A stretch of DNA of 64,000 nucleotides from Candidatus Eiseniibacteriota bacterium (lineage in GTDB: Bacteria > Eisenbacteria > RBG-16-71-46 > CAZAMP01), in the NCBI GenBank assembly GCA_965224245.1, contig OZ245046.1, positions 160,001 to 224,000 of the forward strand. The letters run 5' to 3'. Positions 39,503 to 50,363 of this stretch are shown here, in pieces (position 1 is the first letter of the stretch; each line of letters begins with the position of its first letter). The notes under the pieces are model-generated. The model saw nothing but the letters and a program-made list of their open reading frames with translations, was not told where the DNA came from and ran no database searches. The translations under genes and the position numbers were made by a program.

Positions 39503-40138
39503 TCAGCGATAGTCGGCCTTGATCGCGCCCCAGCTGGCCTCGTCGACCGGAGTGCCCGCAACGTCCGAGATCGTCATCGACTCGAAGTCGATCGCCAGGA
39601 CGACGTTGTCGGGGAATGCCTCCCAGATCCCGAACCCGAACCGTGTGAGGCCCTCGAACCCGTACATCCCCAGCGCGTCGAGGATGTCGAGCGTGTCGAG
39701 TGTGCTTCCGTCATACCCGAGATCGACGTTGAGGAACAGCCCCTCCTGCTCCAGCGGAACGCCGCCGGGCGAGACCGAGCTGGCCGAGACGAAGAACCCA
39801 TCGGAGACCGGAAACCCCTCGACCAGGGTGAAGAACGGCGTCCGACCGTCGGGAAACGGATCCTGCAAGCCGACGCTCACTCCGCCGGAGAAGCCGAGCG
39901 AGAAGGTCGGCTGATCGATCTCGTATCCACGGGTGTCGCCCGGCACGCCGTCCTCGAAGAGATCCGAGTCCACCATCAGCGAAACGAGGGCGGTCTCACC
40001 CGACATGACGCCACTGAGTGGTGGCTCGCCGATCCCGTTGAAGACGACCGTTCCCCGGATCTCCACCTCGACGATCGCGGCATGGCTCACGTTCGCCACG
40101 AACGCGAGCACGACGAACGCAATCGACGCTCTCCTCAT
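39503..40138 (-). CDS. Secreted hypothetical protein with C-terminal SWGxxKxxY motif
   Basis: GAGGAGG RBS; signal MRRASIAFVVLAFVANVSHA; ends TPVDEASWGAIKADYR. Confidence 0.8.
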   Translation of the reverse strand: MRRASIAFVVLAFVANVSHAAIVEVEIRGTVVFNGIGEPPLSGVMSGETALVSLMVDSDLFEDGVPGDTRGYEIDQPTFSLGFSGGVSVGLQDPFPDGRTPFFTLVEGFPVSDGFFVSASSVSPGGVPLEQEGLFLNVDLGYDGSTLDTLDILDALGMYGFEGLTRFGFGIWEAFPDNVVLAIDFESMTISDVAGTPVDEASWGAIKADYR

Positions 40139-40644
40139 GATGTCCTCCTCACCGATGGCCGTGCATCCTCTGCCACGAGTGGCTCTCGTGGTGCTTCCCG
40201 GCACCAACCGGTCGGGCAAGTCGACTCACGGGCAGTCTCGGGTCGAGTGGTCGATCCCGGGTGGCTCGTTGCAGGAGCACCGTTCCGGGATTCTCGCACG
40301 AAAGGGCTCGCGAGAGAAGCCGGACGGATCGTGCCCGGGAGACGTCGGCTCTCGATGATCGAACGGCGCGAGTCCTCGAGCCCGACGCACACGCGCCCGC
40401 CCTCCATTCGACGACCAGGAGACGTCGTTGCGCGCCGCGGGTGCCCGCTCGTCCGTCGACGAGTCCCGGCGGGCTGAAGGGAGGCTGGCCCCGTGCTAGA
40501 CTGCGGCCGCGACGTGCTTCCTCTCCGGGTCGGCGGTGCGGACGAGCTCTCGATCGGAGGCCGCGTGACGGCGATCGAAGCACGGCGCGGCGAATGGTCC
40601 ACCCGTCTGGACGTCGGCCTTCACTCGACGCGAAAGGTCCCGGA

Positions 40645-41385
40645 ATGCGAACCCTGGTGCTCGCGATCGCCCTCCTTCTACCTCACGACTCCTCTGCCCA
40701 GGAGGTCGTCGTCCTCGATGCCGACTTCAACGCGGATACCCCCGGCGAACCTCCGGATACGTCGCTGCCAGGCGACCCCGAGGGCGACAGCATCTCCCTG
40801 TCGGGTGTCTCGGCGAACGGTACGTTTCTCGTGGAAGCGACGGCGGCCACGCTGATCGACAAGCCGCTCGTCGCGACGAGGACCGGGAACACCGTGGGCT
40901 TCGCCTGTGCGTTCAACCTCCCCGAGTACGCGTACGGCTGCGGGAACCTGATCGTCCGCTGGTGCAGCGTGGCCGTGAGTGCCATCCCGCCGAGCTTCTT
41001 CCAGGTGCTGGGCCCGGGCGGTCAGTCGGACTTCTTCGGGCTCCTGAACTTCCGAACCGACAACTCGATCACCATCAGTCCGATGATCGGCGTTCCCGAG
41101 GAGGTCACGATCGGGTCGTGGACCCAGGGCGAGTCACAGTGCTTCGAGTGGCACCTCGACAAGAAGACGGGTCTTCAATCGCTCTTCATCGACGGCGTCG
41201 CGGCGGTCGAGGACTTCCAGACGTTCTGGGAGCCGTCGAGCGGCGACGCGATCCTGTTCAAGTACTCGATGGCGCTGCAGGATCCATTCACCTACGCGAT
41301 GGACGACGTCGAGATCTCGGTCGTGGACTGCGAGACGCCCGTCGAGGAGCGGAGCTGGGGATCGGTCAAGTCCACGTATCGCTGA
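40645..41385 (+). CDS. Secreted hypothetical protein (beta-sandwich-like) with C-terminal SWGxxKxxY motif
   Basis: Signal MRTLVLAIALLLPHDSSA; ends TPVEERSWGSVKSTYR. Confidence 0.8.
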   Translation: MRTLVLAIALLLPHDSSAQEVVVLDADFNADTPGEPPDTSLPGDPEGDSISLSGVSANGTFLVEATAATLIDKPLVATRTGNTVGFACAFNLPEYAYGCGNLIVRWCSVAVSAIPPSFFQVLGPGGQSDFFGLLNFRTDNSITISPMIGVPEEVTIGSWTQGESQCFEWHLDKKTGLQSLFIDGVAAVEDFQTFWEPSSGDAILFKYSMALQDPFTYAMDDVEISVVDCETPVEERSWGSVKSTYR

Positions 41386-41565
41386 GCCCGCCCCTTGCAG
41401 CATCTGCCTGACGCGGTCGAGGCGCAGCCGTCGATCCGCACGGACGGTGTCCAGCCGGCGCATTTCAGCCGCACAGCCTCCTTTGGGCGCCTCGCGACGG
41501 TCACGAGTGCCGATATTGGTCGTGGGATGGTTACACCCCTATTACTCGTGATCGGAGGTGACCGG

Positions 41566-42261
41566 ATGGTCAGGAACACGGGACGACTGGTCGCGGTGGC
41601 GGTGCTGGGACTGGCGTTCGTCATGGTGCCCGCGAGCGCCGACGCGCAGAACAAGTACCTGGGCCGGGGAACGAGCGGCTTCGGCATCGGTGCCGGCTTC
41701 GGAACGGGCAACGACGTGAACGACCTCGGTGCGGCCGCCGGCTACTCGTTCAACGGGATGGTCAGCGTGGGGCTCGGCTTCGATCGTCTGACGGTCGACG
41801 GCGTGGACGACATGAGCGCGCTGCAATTCTCGCCCTTCGTCGGCGTGGTCGCGCTGAAGCAGTCCGAGGAGATGCCGATCTCGCTCGAGTTCGGTGGCTC
41901 CTACCTCAACATGCGCTTCTCGGGTGACGCGCTCGATGCGCTCGACTGGGAGATGTCGCAGACCGGCTTCGGCTTCGGTGGGTCGGTGTACGGCGCGATG
42001 GAGATGTCCGAGACGACCAGCCTGATTCCCGACTTCGGCATCTCGCACACGATGCTCGACCTGAAGATCGAGGACGAGTTCGGCAACTCCATCACCGAGG
42101 ACGCCAACGTCACGTCGTTCTCCTTCGGCGCCGCGATCGCGTTCGAGACCGCGTCGCAGAACGTGTTCAACATGCACGCGGGCGTCTCGATTCCCGACGA
42201 GGGTGACGCGATGTTCGGGCTCTCGCTGGGCATGGTGTTTCCCGCGAAGTCGACACCGTAG
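41566..42261 (+). CDS. Outer-membrane beta-barrel-like protein
   Basis: GGAGGT RBS; signal ending ADA-Q; Gly/aromatic alternating amphipathic strands; terminal FGLSLGMVF strand. Confidence 0.72.
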   Translation: MVRNTGRLVAVAVLGLAFVMVPASADAQNKYLGRGTSGFGIGAGFGTGNDVNDLGAAAGYSFNGMVSVGLGFDRLTVDGVDDMSALQFSPFVGVVALKQSEEMPISLEFGGSYLNMRFSGDALDALDWEMSQTGFGFGGSVYGAMEMSETTSLIPDFGISHTMLDLKIEDEFGNSITEDANVTSFSFGAAIAFETASQNVFNMHAGVSIPDEGDAMFGLSLGMVFPAKSTP

Positions 42262-43202
42262 CCTCGTACGTCGGAGGCCTGCTCCAGTTCGGTGCCTCGT
42301 GAGCCAGGATCGCCGCATGGCCCCGGCCGGGGACGTCGCTCCCGGGCCGGGGCTTCCCATGTGTCGGCCGAGCGGTACGTTCTAGATCTGTGCCGTCACC
42401 GCGCCGTAGTAGCTCACCTCGAACGTCTTCTTCGACACCGAGACGCGCCATCTCTGCGAGCGTCGTGAGTCCCGGCAGGTCCTCGGACAGTGTGCCTTCG
42501 AAGTCCAGCGCCGCGTTCTCGGAGTCGCGAAGCGCACGCATGGATCCACACCGAAGCCGACGCCTCCACCGAGCCCACCGGTCACCGCGGGTCCGACACC
42601 CACGGTCACGCCCAGCTGATCGAAGAGAACGAGCGCCCACTACGCGCTGGTACCGAGCGGTGCGGCAGGATCGACAGGAGGATCATCGCTTGCCCGTGAT
42701 CGAGGGCCGGTCTCGCTGACCTCCGCCTGGAACTTCGGCAGAACGCGGCACGAGCGCAGCACGGCCGAGGAGGCATCCCCCGCGACCTTGCTCTTCCTGT
42801 TCGATCCCGGGGGCACAAGGTTGCCGTTGAGGATCGCCACGACGACCAGGTCGCCGTGCACGCTCACGTCGACGACCGCATCCCCCAGAGGTTGAAAGGA
42901 CAGAGTGGCGCCCGAGATCTTCGCCAGCCTGCGTGCCCAGGCGTCCGCCACGAGCCTGGCCGATCCCTGAAATCGACCCGGCTGGGATCGACCGTTCTCG
43001 TGCCGACGGTGGTCGTCGTCGACACGGAGCTTTCGAGGGCCCCCCTCCCGCGCCCGGTCCGGTGCTATACTCCGCTCTCGTTTCATCGATAATCCACGGT
43101 CCCGTGTGACTGCCGCGGCTCGCCGGCTGAAGGGTCCTCGCCGTCCTCACCGGGCACGATCGGTCACGCTGAGAACTGCTCCTGTCACTGGAGGAAACCA
43201 CC

Positions 43203-44087
43203 GTGCAACGGAACATCATGCGAACCGCACTGCTCCTGGGCGTGCTCGCGGCGCCCGTGACCGCGCAGCCCATCGTCGACGGCTCGATCGCCGGGGACGG
43301 CTACGGCGCGGCGGCCGCCGTGCAGGCCGTCGAGACCGGATTTGGTGACAATCTGAGTGAGCTGAACGCCGCGTACTGCACGACGCAGTCCGGTCGCCTG
43401 TACCTGGCGCTGACCGGTAACATCGAGGACAACTTCAACAAGCTCGAGATCTTCATCGATTCGAGGGCCGGTGGCGAGAACGCCTTGAGCGGGCTCCCCG
43501 GCAACGACGGCACGAGCGTCATGACCGGACTTCGCTTCGACACCGGCTTCGAAGCCGACTACCACGTCATCGTGCGTCGTGGCAGCTTTGGTGGCGACCG
43601 CTTCGACCTGGACTTCTCCGAGCTGGGCACGGCGAACTTCTCGTCCTACACGGACGTCTTCGGCGGTTCTCAGGAAGGGTCCGGCGTTACCGGAACCGGA
43701 CTCAACGGCGAGCCGATCGGCATCGCCTACGACAACAGCAACCTCGCCGGTGTGGCGGGCGGATCCGGCGCGGCGGATCAGGGCGCGGCGCTCGCGGTCG
43801 AGACCGGTGTCGAGCTCAGTATCGCACTCAGCGATCTCGGCTACGCCGGAGGAGACATCCAGATCTGTGCGTTCGTGAACAACGCCGATCACAACTTCGC
43901 TTCGAACCAGTTCCTCGGCCCCCTGGCGCCACCGCAGGAGAACCTGGGAGGCGACGGCATGGGCACGTTCACCGGTGTTCTGAACTTCGACCTCGGGACC
44001 TTCGCCGGTGATCAGTACTTCATCTGCGGCGGTGACTCGGTTCCGATCAGACGGTCCACCTGGAGCCGACTCAAGGGAATGTGGTAG
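43203..44087 (+). CDS. Secreted acidic/Gly-rich protein with C-terminal TWxxLK motif variant
   Basis: GGAGG RBS + GTG; signal ending VTA-Q; ends VPIRRSTWSRLKGMW. Confidence 0.8.
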   Translation: MQRNIMRTALLLGVLAAPVTAQPIVDGSIAGDGYGAAAAVQAVETGFGDNLSELNAAYCTTQSGRLYLALTGNIEDNFNKLEIFIDSRAGGENALSGLPGNDGTSVMTGLRFDTGFEADYHVIVRRGSFGGDRFDLDFSELGTANFSSYTDVFGGSQEGSGVTGTGLNGEPIGIAYDNSNLAGVAGGSGAADQGAALAVETGVELSIALSDLGYAGGDIQICAFVNNADHNFASNQFLGPLAPPQENLGGDGMGTFTGVLNFDLGTFAGDQYFICGGDSVPIRRSTWSRLKGMW

Positions 44088-44271
44088 ACCCCTCACGCCT
44101 CGCCCTCGCATCACGCGAAGACGAGGTGCTCATCGACTCATCTCCACGGCCGGAGACCCCCGGGCCCGGCTGTTTCGGTGATCGACGGCGCCCGACGGCG
44201 CGCTTCCGGCAGGGTGCGCGCGCGACGGCCCGCGCGCGCGTGTGTGTTCGGAGCACCAGGCTCGCACACGA

Positions 44272-45969
44272 CTACTCGACGAGCACGACTCGTTCTAACT
44301 GGCGGACGCCGGGCGCCTCCAGGCGAACGTAGTAGACACCCATGGCGACGGGCTCGCCACGCATGTCCGTGGCGTCCCACGTGACGACGTGTGGACCGGC
44401 GCCTCGCCGTTCTCCGTCGAGGACCGCGTCGACGTGCCGTCCGGAGGCGTCGAACACGTGCAATCGAACCGCGGCGTCCACCCGGAGATCGAACGCGATC
44501 GACGTGGTGCGCACGAATGGGTTCGGCCTCGGGGCGTGAAGATCGGCGATCGCATCCAGGCCCGTTCCGGGTACGCCGACCGGCTCGGTGGCGTCGACGG
44601 CCCATAGCTCGGCTCCGTTGACTCCGTCGTCGGCGCGGAAGAAGAGCGTGCCTCCCACGTTCGTGAGCTCCGCCGGCCACGAGAACGAGAGGGGGCCGCC
44701 GGGGTTGATGTCGGCGGCGAGCACCGTACCCTCGGTCGTCCCGTCGCTCTTCCAGAGCTCGACGCCGTGCACGCCGTCGTTGGCCGCGAAGTAGAGCGTG
44801 CCCTCGACGTCGGTGAGGTGCTCGACGATCGCGTGGTAGGTTTCCGGCGCGAAGGTCTTGACGAGCAGTGTGCCCTCCGCCGTGCCGTCGCTCTTCCAGA
44901 GCTCCATGGTCTCGACCGTCGTGAAGCCCGGCCGGACGAAGAAGAGCGTGTCGCCGACCCTCGTGAGCTCCTGCAGGTACGAGCTGCCGGCGGGCTCGAG
45001 GTCCACGACGAGCTCGGTGCCCCCCGGTGTCCCGTCACTCTTCCAGAGTTCGGCGCCGTTGACTCCGTCGTCGGCGACGAAGTAGAAGGCGTCGCCGACG
45101 ACGCGGATCTGGCCGGGGTTGGAGCTTCCGGTCGGGTTGATGTTCGCCAGCATGAAGGTGCCCCCGGGAGTGCCGTCGGTTACCCAGAGCTCCTCACCGT
45201 TCGTCCCGTCATCGGCCGCGAAGTAGACGGCGTTCCCGAATCGCACGAGCCCGGTCGGATTGGACTCCTCGGGGCCGGGATAGATGTCCACCAGCATCGT
45301 CGTGCCCGGCGCGGTTCCGTCGCTCACCCAGAGCTCACGGTGGTTCCTGGATGGAAGCCCATCGTCGGCGCGGAAGACCACGAGACCATCGAGCGCGACG
45401 AGGTGCATCGGGTAGGACCCGGCGCCGCCGTCGATGATGTCCTTCAGCATGAGAGTTCCCGTCTCCGTCCCGTCGCTGATCCACAGCTCGTTGCCTTCGG
45501 TGCTCGTGTACGCGTTGAAGAGCACCGTCCCATCGCTCCGCGTCAGGAACGCGGGATCTGAGCTGCCGAGCCCGGGGTTCGCATCGCGGACGAGCTCGGT
45601 GCCCTCCTCGGATCCGTCGGTGGACCAGAGCTCGCCCCCCTCGGTGCCGCCGTTGGCGCGGAAGAGCACGCGGCCGTTCAGCTCCCGGAACTCCCGTGGG
45701 TATGACCCCGACGTGCCCGGCGCGATGTCGGCGACCCGAACGGTGCCGGCGGCGGTGCCGTCGCTCACCCAGAGCTCGGCGCCGCCGGCGGGCTCGCCGG
45801 CGCTGAAGTAGAGGAGATCCCCGATCCCGCGGAGCCAGGTCGGGCTCGACGATCCGTCGGGATGGATGTCCTCGACCAGATACGCGGTGCCTGCGCTGAG
45901 CGAGGGCGACATCGCGAGCAGGATCGCGCCGAGGGCGATCCGGCGACCGGGCTCGGTGTGACGGGTCAT
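44272..45969 (-). CDS. ELWxxDGT repeat protein with C-terminal FlgD-Ig/T9SS-like domain
   Basis: About eight ELW(V/K/S/I)(S/T)DGT repeats; signal peptide; PNPF..WDATDMRGEPVAMGVYYVRL. Confidence 0.92.
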   Translation of the reverse strand: MTRHTEPGRRIALGAILLAMSPSLSAGTAYLVEDIHPDGSSSPTWLRGIGDLLYFSAGEPAGGAELWVSDGTAAGTVRVADIAPGTSGSYPREFRELNGRVLFRANGGTEGGELWSTDGSEEGTELVRDANPGLGSSDPAFLTRSDGTVLFNAYTSTEGNELWISDGTETGTLMLKDIIDGGAGSYPMHLVALDGLVVFRADDGLPSRNHRELWVSDGTAPGTTMLVDIYPGPEESNPTGLVRFGNAVYFAADDGTNGEELWVTDGTPGGTFMLANINPTGSSNPGQIRVVGDAFYFVADDGVNGAELWKSDGTPGGTELVVDLEPAGSSYLQELTRVGDTLFFVRPGFTTVETMELWKSDGTAEGTLLVKTFAPETYHAIVEHLTDVEGTLYFAANDGVHGVELWKSDGTTEGTVLAADINPGGPLSFSWPAELTNVGGTLFFRADDGVNGAELWAVDATEPVGVPGTGLDAIADLHAPRPNPFVRTTSIAFDLRVDAAVRLHVFDASGRHVDAVLDGERRGAGPHVVTWDATDMRGEPVAMGVYYVRLEAPGVRQLERVVLVE

Positions 45970-46278
45970 TCTTCACCTCCGCTTGGTTGTCGTGGCAGCG
46001 CATCTCTCTGGGCGCGAGGCGGCGCGGTCGAGCGGGGTGCGCCGCGGTAGAGGGCAGGATGTGAGGCACACGCGCGGAAGCCTGTCTGGGAACTGGACGC
46101 AGTCCAGCCCCCGTTTGATACCGGTCGGGGGATCCGGGACCTGACCTGGACACTACTCCGAAGCCGTCGGAGATCCAGCGGGCCAGCGCCGGGGACGTGC
46201 TTGAACCGAGCATCGGTACCTGGTGCCGGCGAGCCGACGGTGACCCGAGGCGCAGGGCGGCCCTGCATCCCGTGACGC

Positions 46279-47031
46279 TCACTGCGTCCGCAACCTCGAC
46301 GCGCGAAGGTAGAGCGGCCAGCGCACGACGTGTCGTGATCTCGCCTCCCCGCAGATCCTGTCGATCTCGGGGGCGAGTCGCGCCACGGGATCCTCGCCGT
46401 GCACGCGGATGTACGACTGAACGCCACTCCACGTCCGGACGAAGCCGAGAATCTCCGCCGCCGTCCAGTCGACCGACAGCACGGACGATGGAGCCGCGAG
46501 CATGCGGCCCGGCAGCACGATGCCCTCGTAGCGCTGGTCGACGAGTCGCGCACCGGGCGAGAAGTACGGCTGTACGACATCCCGGTAGAAGGACCACAGA
46601 ACCTCATCGAAGGGCGCGGTGACGTGGGCCACGTGGTAGCTCCATGCCGCCAGCACGCAGTCGCGACGTGCGACTCGCTCCGCCTCGCGATAGAACGACG
46701 GCAGATCGAACCAGTGCATCGCCGACGCAGCGACGACCAGATCCACCGAGTCTGAAGGAAGGCCTGATTCCTCCGCACGGGCGACCCGATACGCGATGCG
46801 GGGATGGGGTCTGGCGTTGGCGATCTGAGCCGCGCTCGTGTCCGTTCCGATGACCCGATCGAAGTGAGCCGCCAGGCCCGACGCCGCCTGACCACTCCCC
46901 GTCGCGGTATCCCACGCCGTCTCGCATCCCCGGGCGACGGAGGCGAGCCATTCGAACAGCTCGTCCGGATACCCGGGACGTGACGCCGCGTAGGACTCCG
47001 CGTACGCGGAGTAGTCGGGAGGGTCGGTCAT
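46279..47031 (-). CDS. Class I SAM-dependent methyltransferase
   Basis: YAASRPGYP..LF, WDTATGSGQA, SVDLVV.A.AMHWFD, TWS; ATGA overlap with the upstream gene. Confidence 0.88.
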   Translation of the reverse strand: MTDPPDYSAYAESYAASRPGYPDELFEWLASVARGCETAWDTATGSGQAASGLAAHFDRVIGTDTSAAQIANARPHPRIAYRVARAEESGLPSDSVDLVVAASAMHWFDLPSFYREAERVARRDCVLAAWSYHVAHVTAPFDEVLWSFYRDVVQPYFSPGARLVDQRYEGIVLPGRMLAAPSSVLSVDWTAAEILGFVRTWSGVQSYIRVHGEDPVARLAPEIDRICGEARSRHVVRWPLYLRASRLRTQ

Positions 47032-48731
47032 GCCTCGAGCCCTCCGCCTCGCCGGTCCGGTTGCAGAACCGGCCGCGGTCCCCTCTGCACGACGATGTCG
47101 ACCATCGCCACGATCGCGGCCGTGATCACGAGACCGTCGGTCACCACGGTGTAGCGATCGTAGATCTCGGCCACGGCGCACGTGCCGAGCGAGACCGAGG
47201 TCGCGATCGCGCCGAGACCGAGGATCGAGCGACCCACGTCGTGCGATCGGTGACGTCGCCGCAGGGTGACCCCGAACCAGGCGACGATGGGCACCAGGAA
47301 AAGCACGCGCGCGTCGTAGGCTGCGTATCGCGCGCTGAGCAGGAGGCCGGAGCCGGTTGCCGGAAGGTCGGTGCCGAAGCCGTCACGGAGCACGTTCCGG
47401 AGAATCGGTACACGCCGATCGTTCTCGGTGCCCTGTAGTGCCTGGAAGTGCTTGGTATACCGCTCGTGCCCGAGCCAGTACCCGGTGAGACGCGACAGCA
47501 CCCCGCGTACGTAGGCGCCGGGGTGATCCCGGATCGTCCCGACCGCAATCCGCCGCAGCTCACGGTTGGTGCGAATCTCGGGGTTCTCGCCGTGCGTCCA
47601 CGTCCGGGCCAGCGCCTGTCGCAGGCCGTCACGAGAGATCATCTCGCGGAGTCGCGGGTTCTCGTAGTCGGCGCGGTTCCGGAGATCCAGCTGCACCGCG
47701 GGGCTGAGTGCGCTCCAGCGGAGCACGCTCGGGGAGAGCGAGGTGAGTGCGTCGGCGTACCCCTCGAAGATCTCGCGCGTCTCCGGATCCTGGATGCGCG
47801 ACACGTCCACGTGCTCGCCGACGGTCCCGAAGAGCGTCCAGCCATCGAAGGCCGTGATCGTGAAGCCCCCATGGACGACCCGGTTCATCGCCGCGTAGGG
47901 GACGAGCAGACATCCCGCGCCGCAGGCCACGAGGACCAGGTCCGCGATTCGACGTCGGAACGTGCGCTGGGCGTGCGGCCACAGGACGAGTACCAGCACG
48001 GCCGGCCAGAGCGCGATCGATGCGGAGCGGGTGATTGTGGACATCGCGACCGTCACCCCGATGGCCAGCGGTGTCCACCGTCGCCAGCGTCCACCGAACA
48101 GGAGCGCGGACATGCACGTGATCCAGAGCACCGCCAGGCACTCAGAGAGGATCGTGTGTGCGTAGTAGACGTGGCGCGGCCAGAGGCCGACGAGAATGAA
48201 CGTGACCAGCGGCGCACCCGCGCGCACGCGTGAGGACCACGTCGAACCCGCGTGAGCGGCCGACGACTCTCCATCGGTCTGGCCACCGCCGGTCGCGACG
48301 CCAACGATGGATGCGGCAAGGGCGCCGGTCGCGAGGGTAGAGAGAACCTGGACGAGTACGATCATCCAGAGCTCTCTCACGATCAGCAGCGGAGCGAACA
48401 GCATGAGCGCGTAGCCGAGCGGCGACTTGAGCGACGGCACCGGCTCCAGCATCGTGCGGAGGTAGCCGATCGAGTCACCCAGCATGTAAAAGGGGTGCGG
48501 ATCCGCCAGCCAGAGGAGCGCGTGGGCCAGCACGAGGAAGCTCGCCGCCATCACCCACGCACGGCGCGAGGCGGAGCAGCGGATGGGGGACACGTGACGG
48601 GGTGCGGGTAGAGAGCGGGCCGGGTGCTCCGGGAGCGATCGTGAACCCGTTGTGTCCGAGGACGCGAACGACCTCACGACACCTCCCATCGTCGAAGACG
48701 AGCGAGCCGCCGAGCCGTGTCGGGTGTTCAC
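47028..48731 (-). CDS. Polytopic membrane protein, GT-C glycosyltransferase-like
   Basis: GDSIGY, PLGY, Y.HTILSE.L, IRDHP.AY, terminal DRY motif; many TM segments; start uncertain (possibly 48551). Confidence 0.65.
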   Translation of the reverse strand: MNTRHGSAARSSSTMGGVVRSFASSDTTGSRSLPEHPARSLPAPRHVSPIRCSASRRAWVMAASFLVLAHALLWLADPHPFYMLGDSIGYLRTMLEPVPSLKSPLGYALMLFAPLLIVRELWMIVLVQVLSTLATGALAASIVGVATGGGQTDGESSAAHAGSTWSSRVRAGAPLVTFILVGLWPRHVYYAHTILSECLAVLWITCMSALLFGGRWRRWTPLAIGVTVAMSTITRSASIALWPAVLVLVLWPHAQRTFRRRIADLVLVACGAGCLLVPYAAMNRVVHGGFTITAFDGWTLFGTVGEHVDVSRIQDPETREIFEGYADALTSLSPSVLRWSALSPAVQLDLRNRADYENPRLREMISRDGLRQALARTWTHGENPEIRTNRELRRIAVGTIRDHPGAYVRGVLSRLTGYWLGHERYTKHFQALQGTENDRRVPILRNVLRDGFGTDLPATGSGLLLSARYAAYDARVLFLVPIVAWFGVTLRRRHRSHDVGRSILGLGAIATSVSLGTCAVAEIYDRYTVVTDGLVITAAIVAMVDIVVQRGPRPVLQPDRRGGGLEA

Positions 48732-49010
48732 TGCTCCCGTACGGACGACGGGGCGCGTGGGGCGGGCGTCGTGATCCGCGCTCCCCGCCTCGCCCCTCCT
48801 ACGAGCTTCGCTGCCCGGCGGTCCTCGGTCAACGATTCAAGCCGCGGGTGGCCGCGGCGACCCCCTCGGCCCGAGACGGCGTCATCCGTGCGGCACCTCC
48901 ACCTCGGTTTGCGGGTGCCGTAGGGGGGTCGATCGCGTCATGTGCGGGGGACTCTCGACCTCGGCCCGGGAGGAAGGCCGAGCACGCCAGGGTCCGAGGA
49001 TGACCGCCGA

Positions 49011-50363
49011 TCACCTCAGCTTCAGCACGCGGATGGTCGCTCCGGCGCCGATCGCCCTCGCAAAGTAGACACCCGGTGCCACCTCGACGCCGCTGGCATC
49101 GCGACCATCCCAGTGCACGGCGGCGTCGCGACCGGTCGCGTCCAGGGAACGAACGACGCGTCCGGCTGCGTCGAAGACCTCCAGCCGCCGCGTATCCGAG
49201 GCGATCCGGAACGACGTCGTCCGCCGGAACGGGTTGGGCGCCGCCTGGATCGGCGTGGACAGGGTCGCGCTCGCGATCGACGGGGTATCCACGATCTCGA
49301 CCGGATCCAGGAGAAGGGCCCGCTGGCCCGTCACGCCGGGAATGAACCCGCTCACGGCGATCTGACTCGCATCGTTGATCCCGCCCGATCCGACGAAGAC
49401 GAACTGCCAGCCGTCGGGGACCAGCTGGTCGAGCTGCTGCAGCTCGCCATCGCGGTAGACGAATGGAACGAGGTTCCGATCCGCGTTCACGCTCATTCCA
49501 ACCACGACGCCGTCGGCGTTGACTCCACTGGCCCAGCTCGTCGCCTCCTCTTCGGTCGGCGTTCCGTCGGCGAGCGTTCCGAGGTCGAGATACAGCTCCG
49601 CATCTCGCCAGATGGCGGCGCGAACGGCCGGGCCCAGACCACCCCCCCTCGGGAGGCGGATCGAGCCGGCGATGTCGCCGTTGTCGTGGATGTAGTTGGC
49701 GATGTTGTTCAGGCCGGGGTGAAACGGGGGAAGCCGCGTGACGGTGCCCTCGTTCCAGAGCACGGCGAACTGCTGGAGGCCATCGACGTCGGTGGTCGAT
49801 CCGCCGACGATCTGGCCGGCGTTGTTGATCCAGGTAGCCTGCCCCAGCGTCCCTCCCAGGAGCGGCAAGGGTGTCATGACGCCGCTCTCCCACAGGAACG
49901 GGCGGGACTCGAGGTCACCGGCGAGCTTGGTCCATCCCACGATCTGGTCGAGATCGTTGATCGCGTACGCCGCGGATCGGCTGCCACCGAGCGTGCCGAG
50001 GCGTTCGATGTGTCCACGTGAACCGCCAGGCGTCCAGAGGAACGCGTCGCCGTTCTCGTGTACGGTACCCAGCTTGCCGACGGCATGCCCCAGCGCATTC
50101 ACGCCGAGAAGATCACTGCGCGACAGTCCACCTGGGGTCCCGATGAAGACGGTGGACGTTCCGTCGAAGACGAACCCCTCGTCGTGATCACCCACCTCCG
50201 AGTACCCGACCGCGAAACCGCCACTCTGGCTCAGGGACCACGTCTGGTTGATGGTGCCGTCGGCTCCCATGTCGGTGACCGTGTACGCGTGCTCCTGGGC
50301 CGAGACGGCCAAGACTGGCAGAAGCGCGATGACTGCGGTACGGATGAGAGAAGTTGTGGACAT
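49011..50363 (-). CDS. HAF-type extracellular repeat protein with C-terminal FlgD-Ig/T9SS-like domain
   Basis: LGTLGG.S.AYAIND..QIVG repeats, AFLW; PNPF..WDGRDASG..APGVYF; AAAGGA RBS. Confidence 0.85.
   Translation of the reverse strand: MSTTSLIRTAVIALLPVLAVSAQEHAYTVTDMGADGTINQTWSLSQSGGFAVGYSEVGDHDEGFVFDGTSTVFIGTPGGLSRSDLLGVNALGHAVGKLGTVHENGDAFLWTPGGSRGHIERLGTLGGSRSAAYAINDLDQIVGWTKLAGDLESRPFLWESGVMTPLPLLGGTLGQATWINNAGQIVGGSTTDVDGLQQFAVLWNEGTVTRLPPFHPGLNNIANYIHDNGDIAGSIRLPRGGGLGPAVRAAIWRDAELYLDLGTLADGTPTEEEATSWASGVNADGVVVGMSVNADRNLVPFVYRDGELQQLDQLVPDGWQFVFVGSGGINDASQIAVSGFIPGVTGQRALLLDPVEIVDTPSIASATLSTPIQAAPNPFRRTTSFRIASDTRRLEVFDAAGRVVRSLDATGRDAAVHWDGRDASGVEVAPGVYFARAIGAGATIRVLKLR

Noticed and set aside
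40280-40327. Imperfect stem-loop between divergent secreted-protein genes
   Set aside because: Such pairing is common at this GC content; no riboswitch consensus or second copy was recognised.
44215-44242. GCGCGCGCG hairpin between convergent genes
   Set aside because: Low-complexity GC dinucleotide run with no U-tract; it could be a terminator but cannot be supported.
44600-45800. Regularly spaced DNA repeats (ccgtcgctc..ccagagctc) resembling a CRISPR array
   Set aside because: They encode ELWxxDGT protein repeats, are degenerate at third positions, and no cas genes are present.
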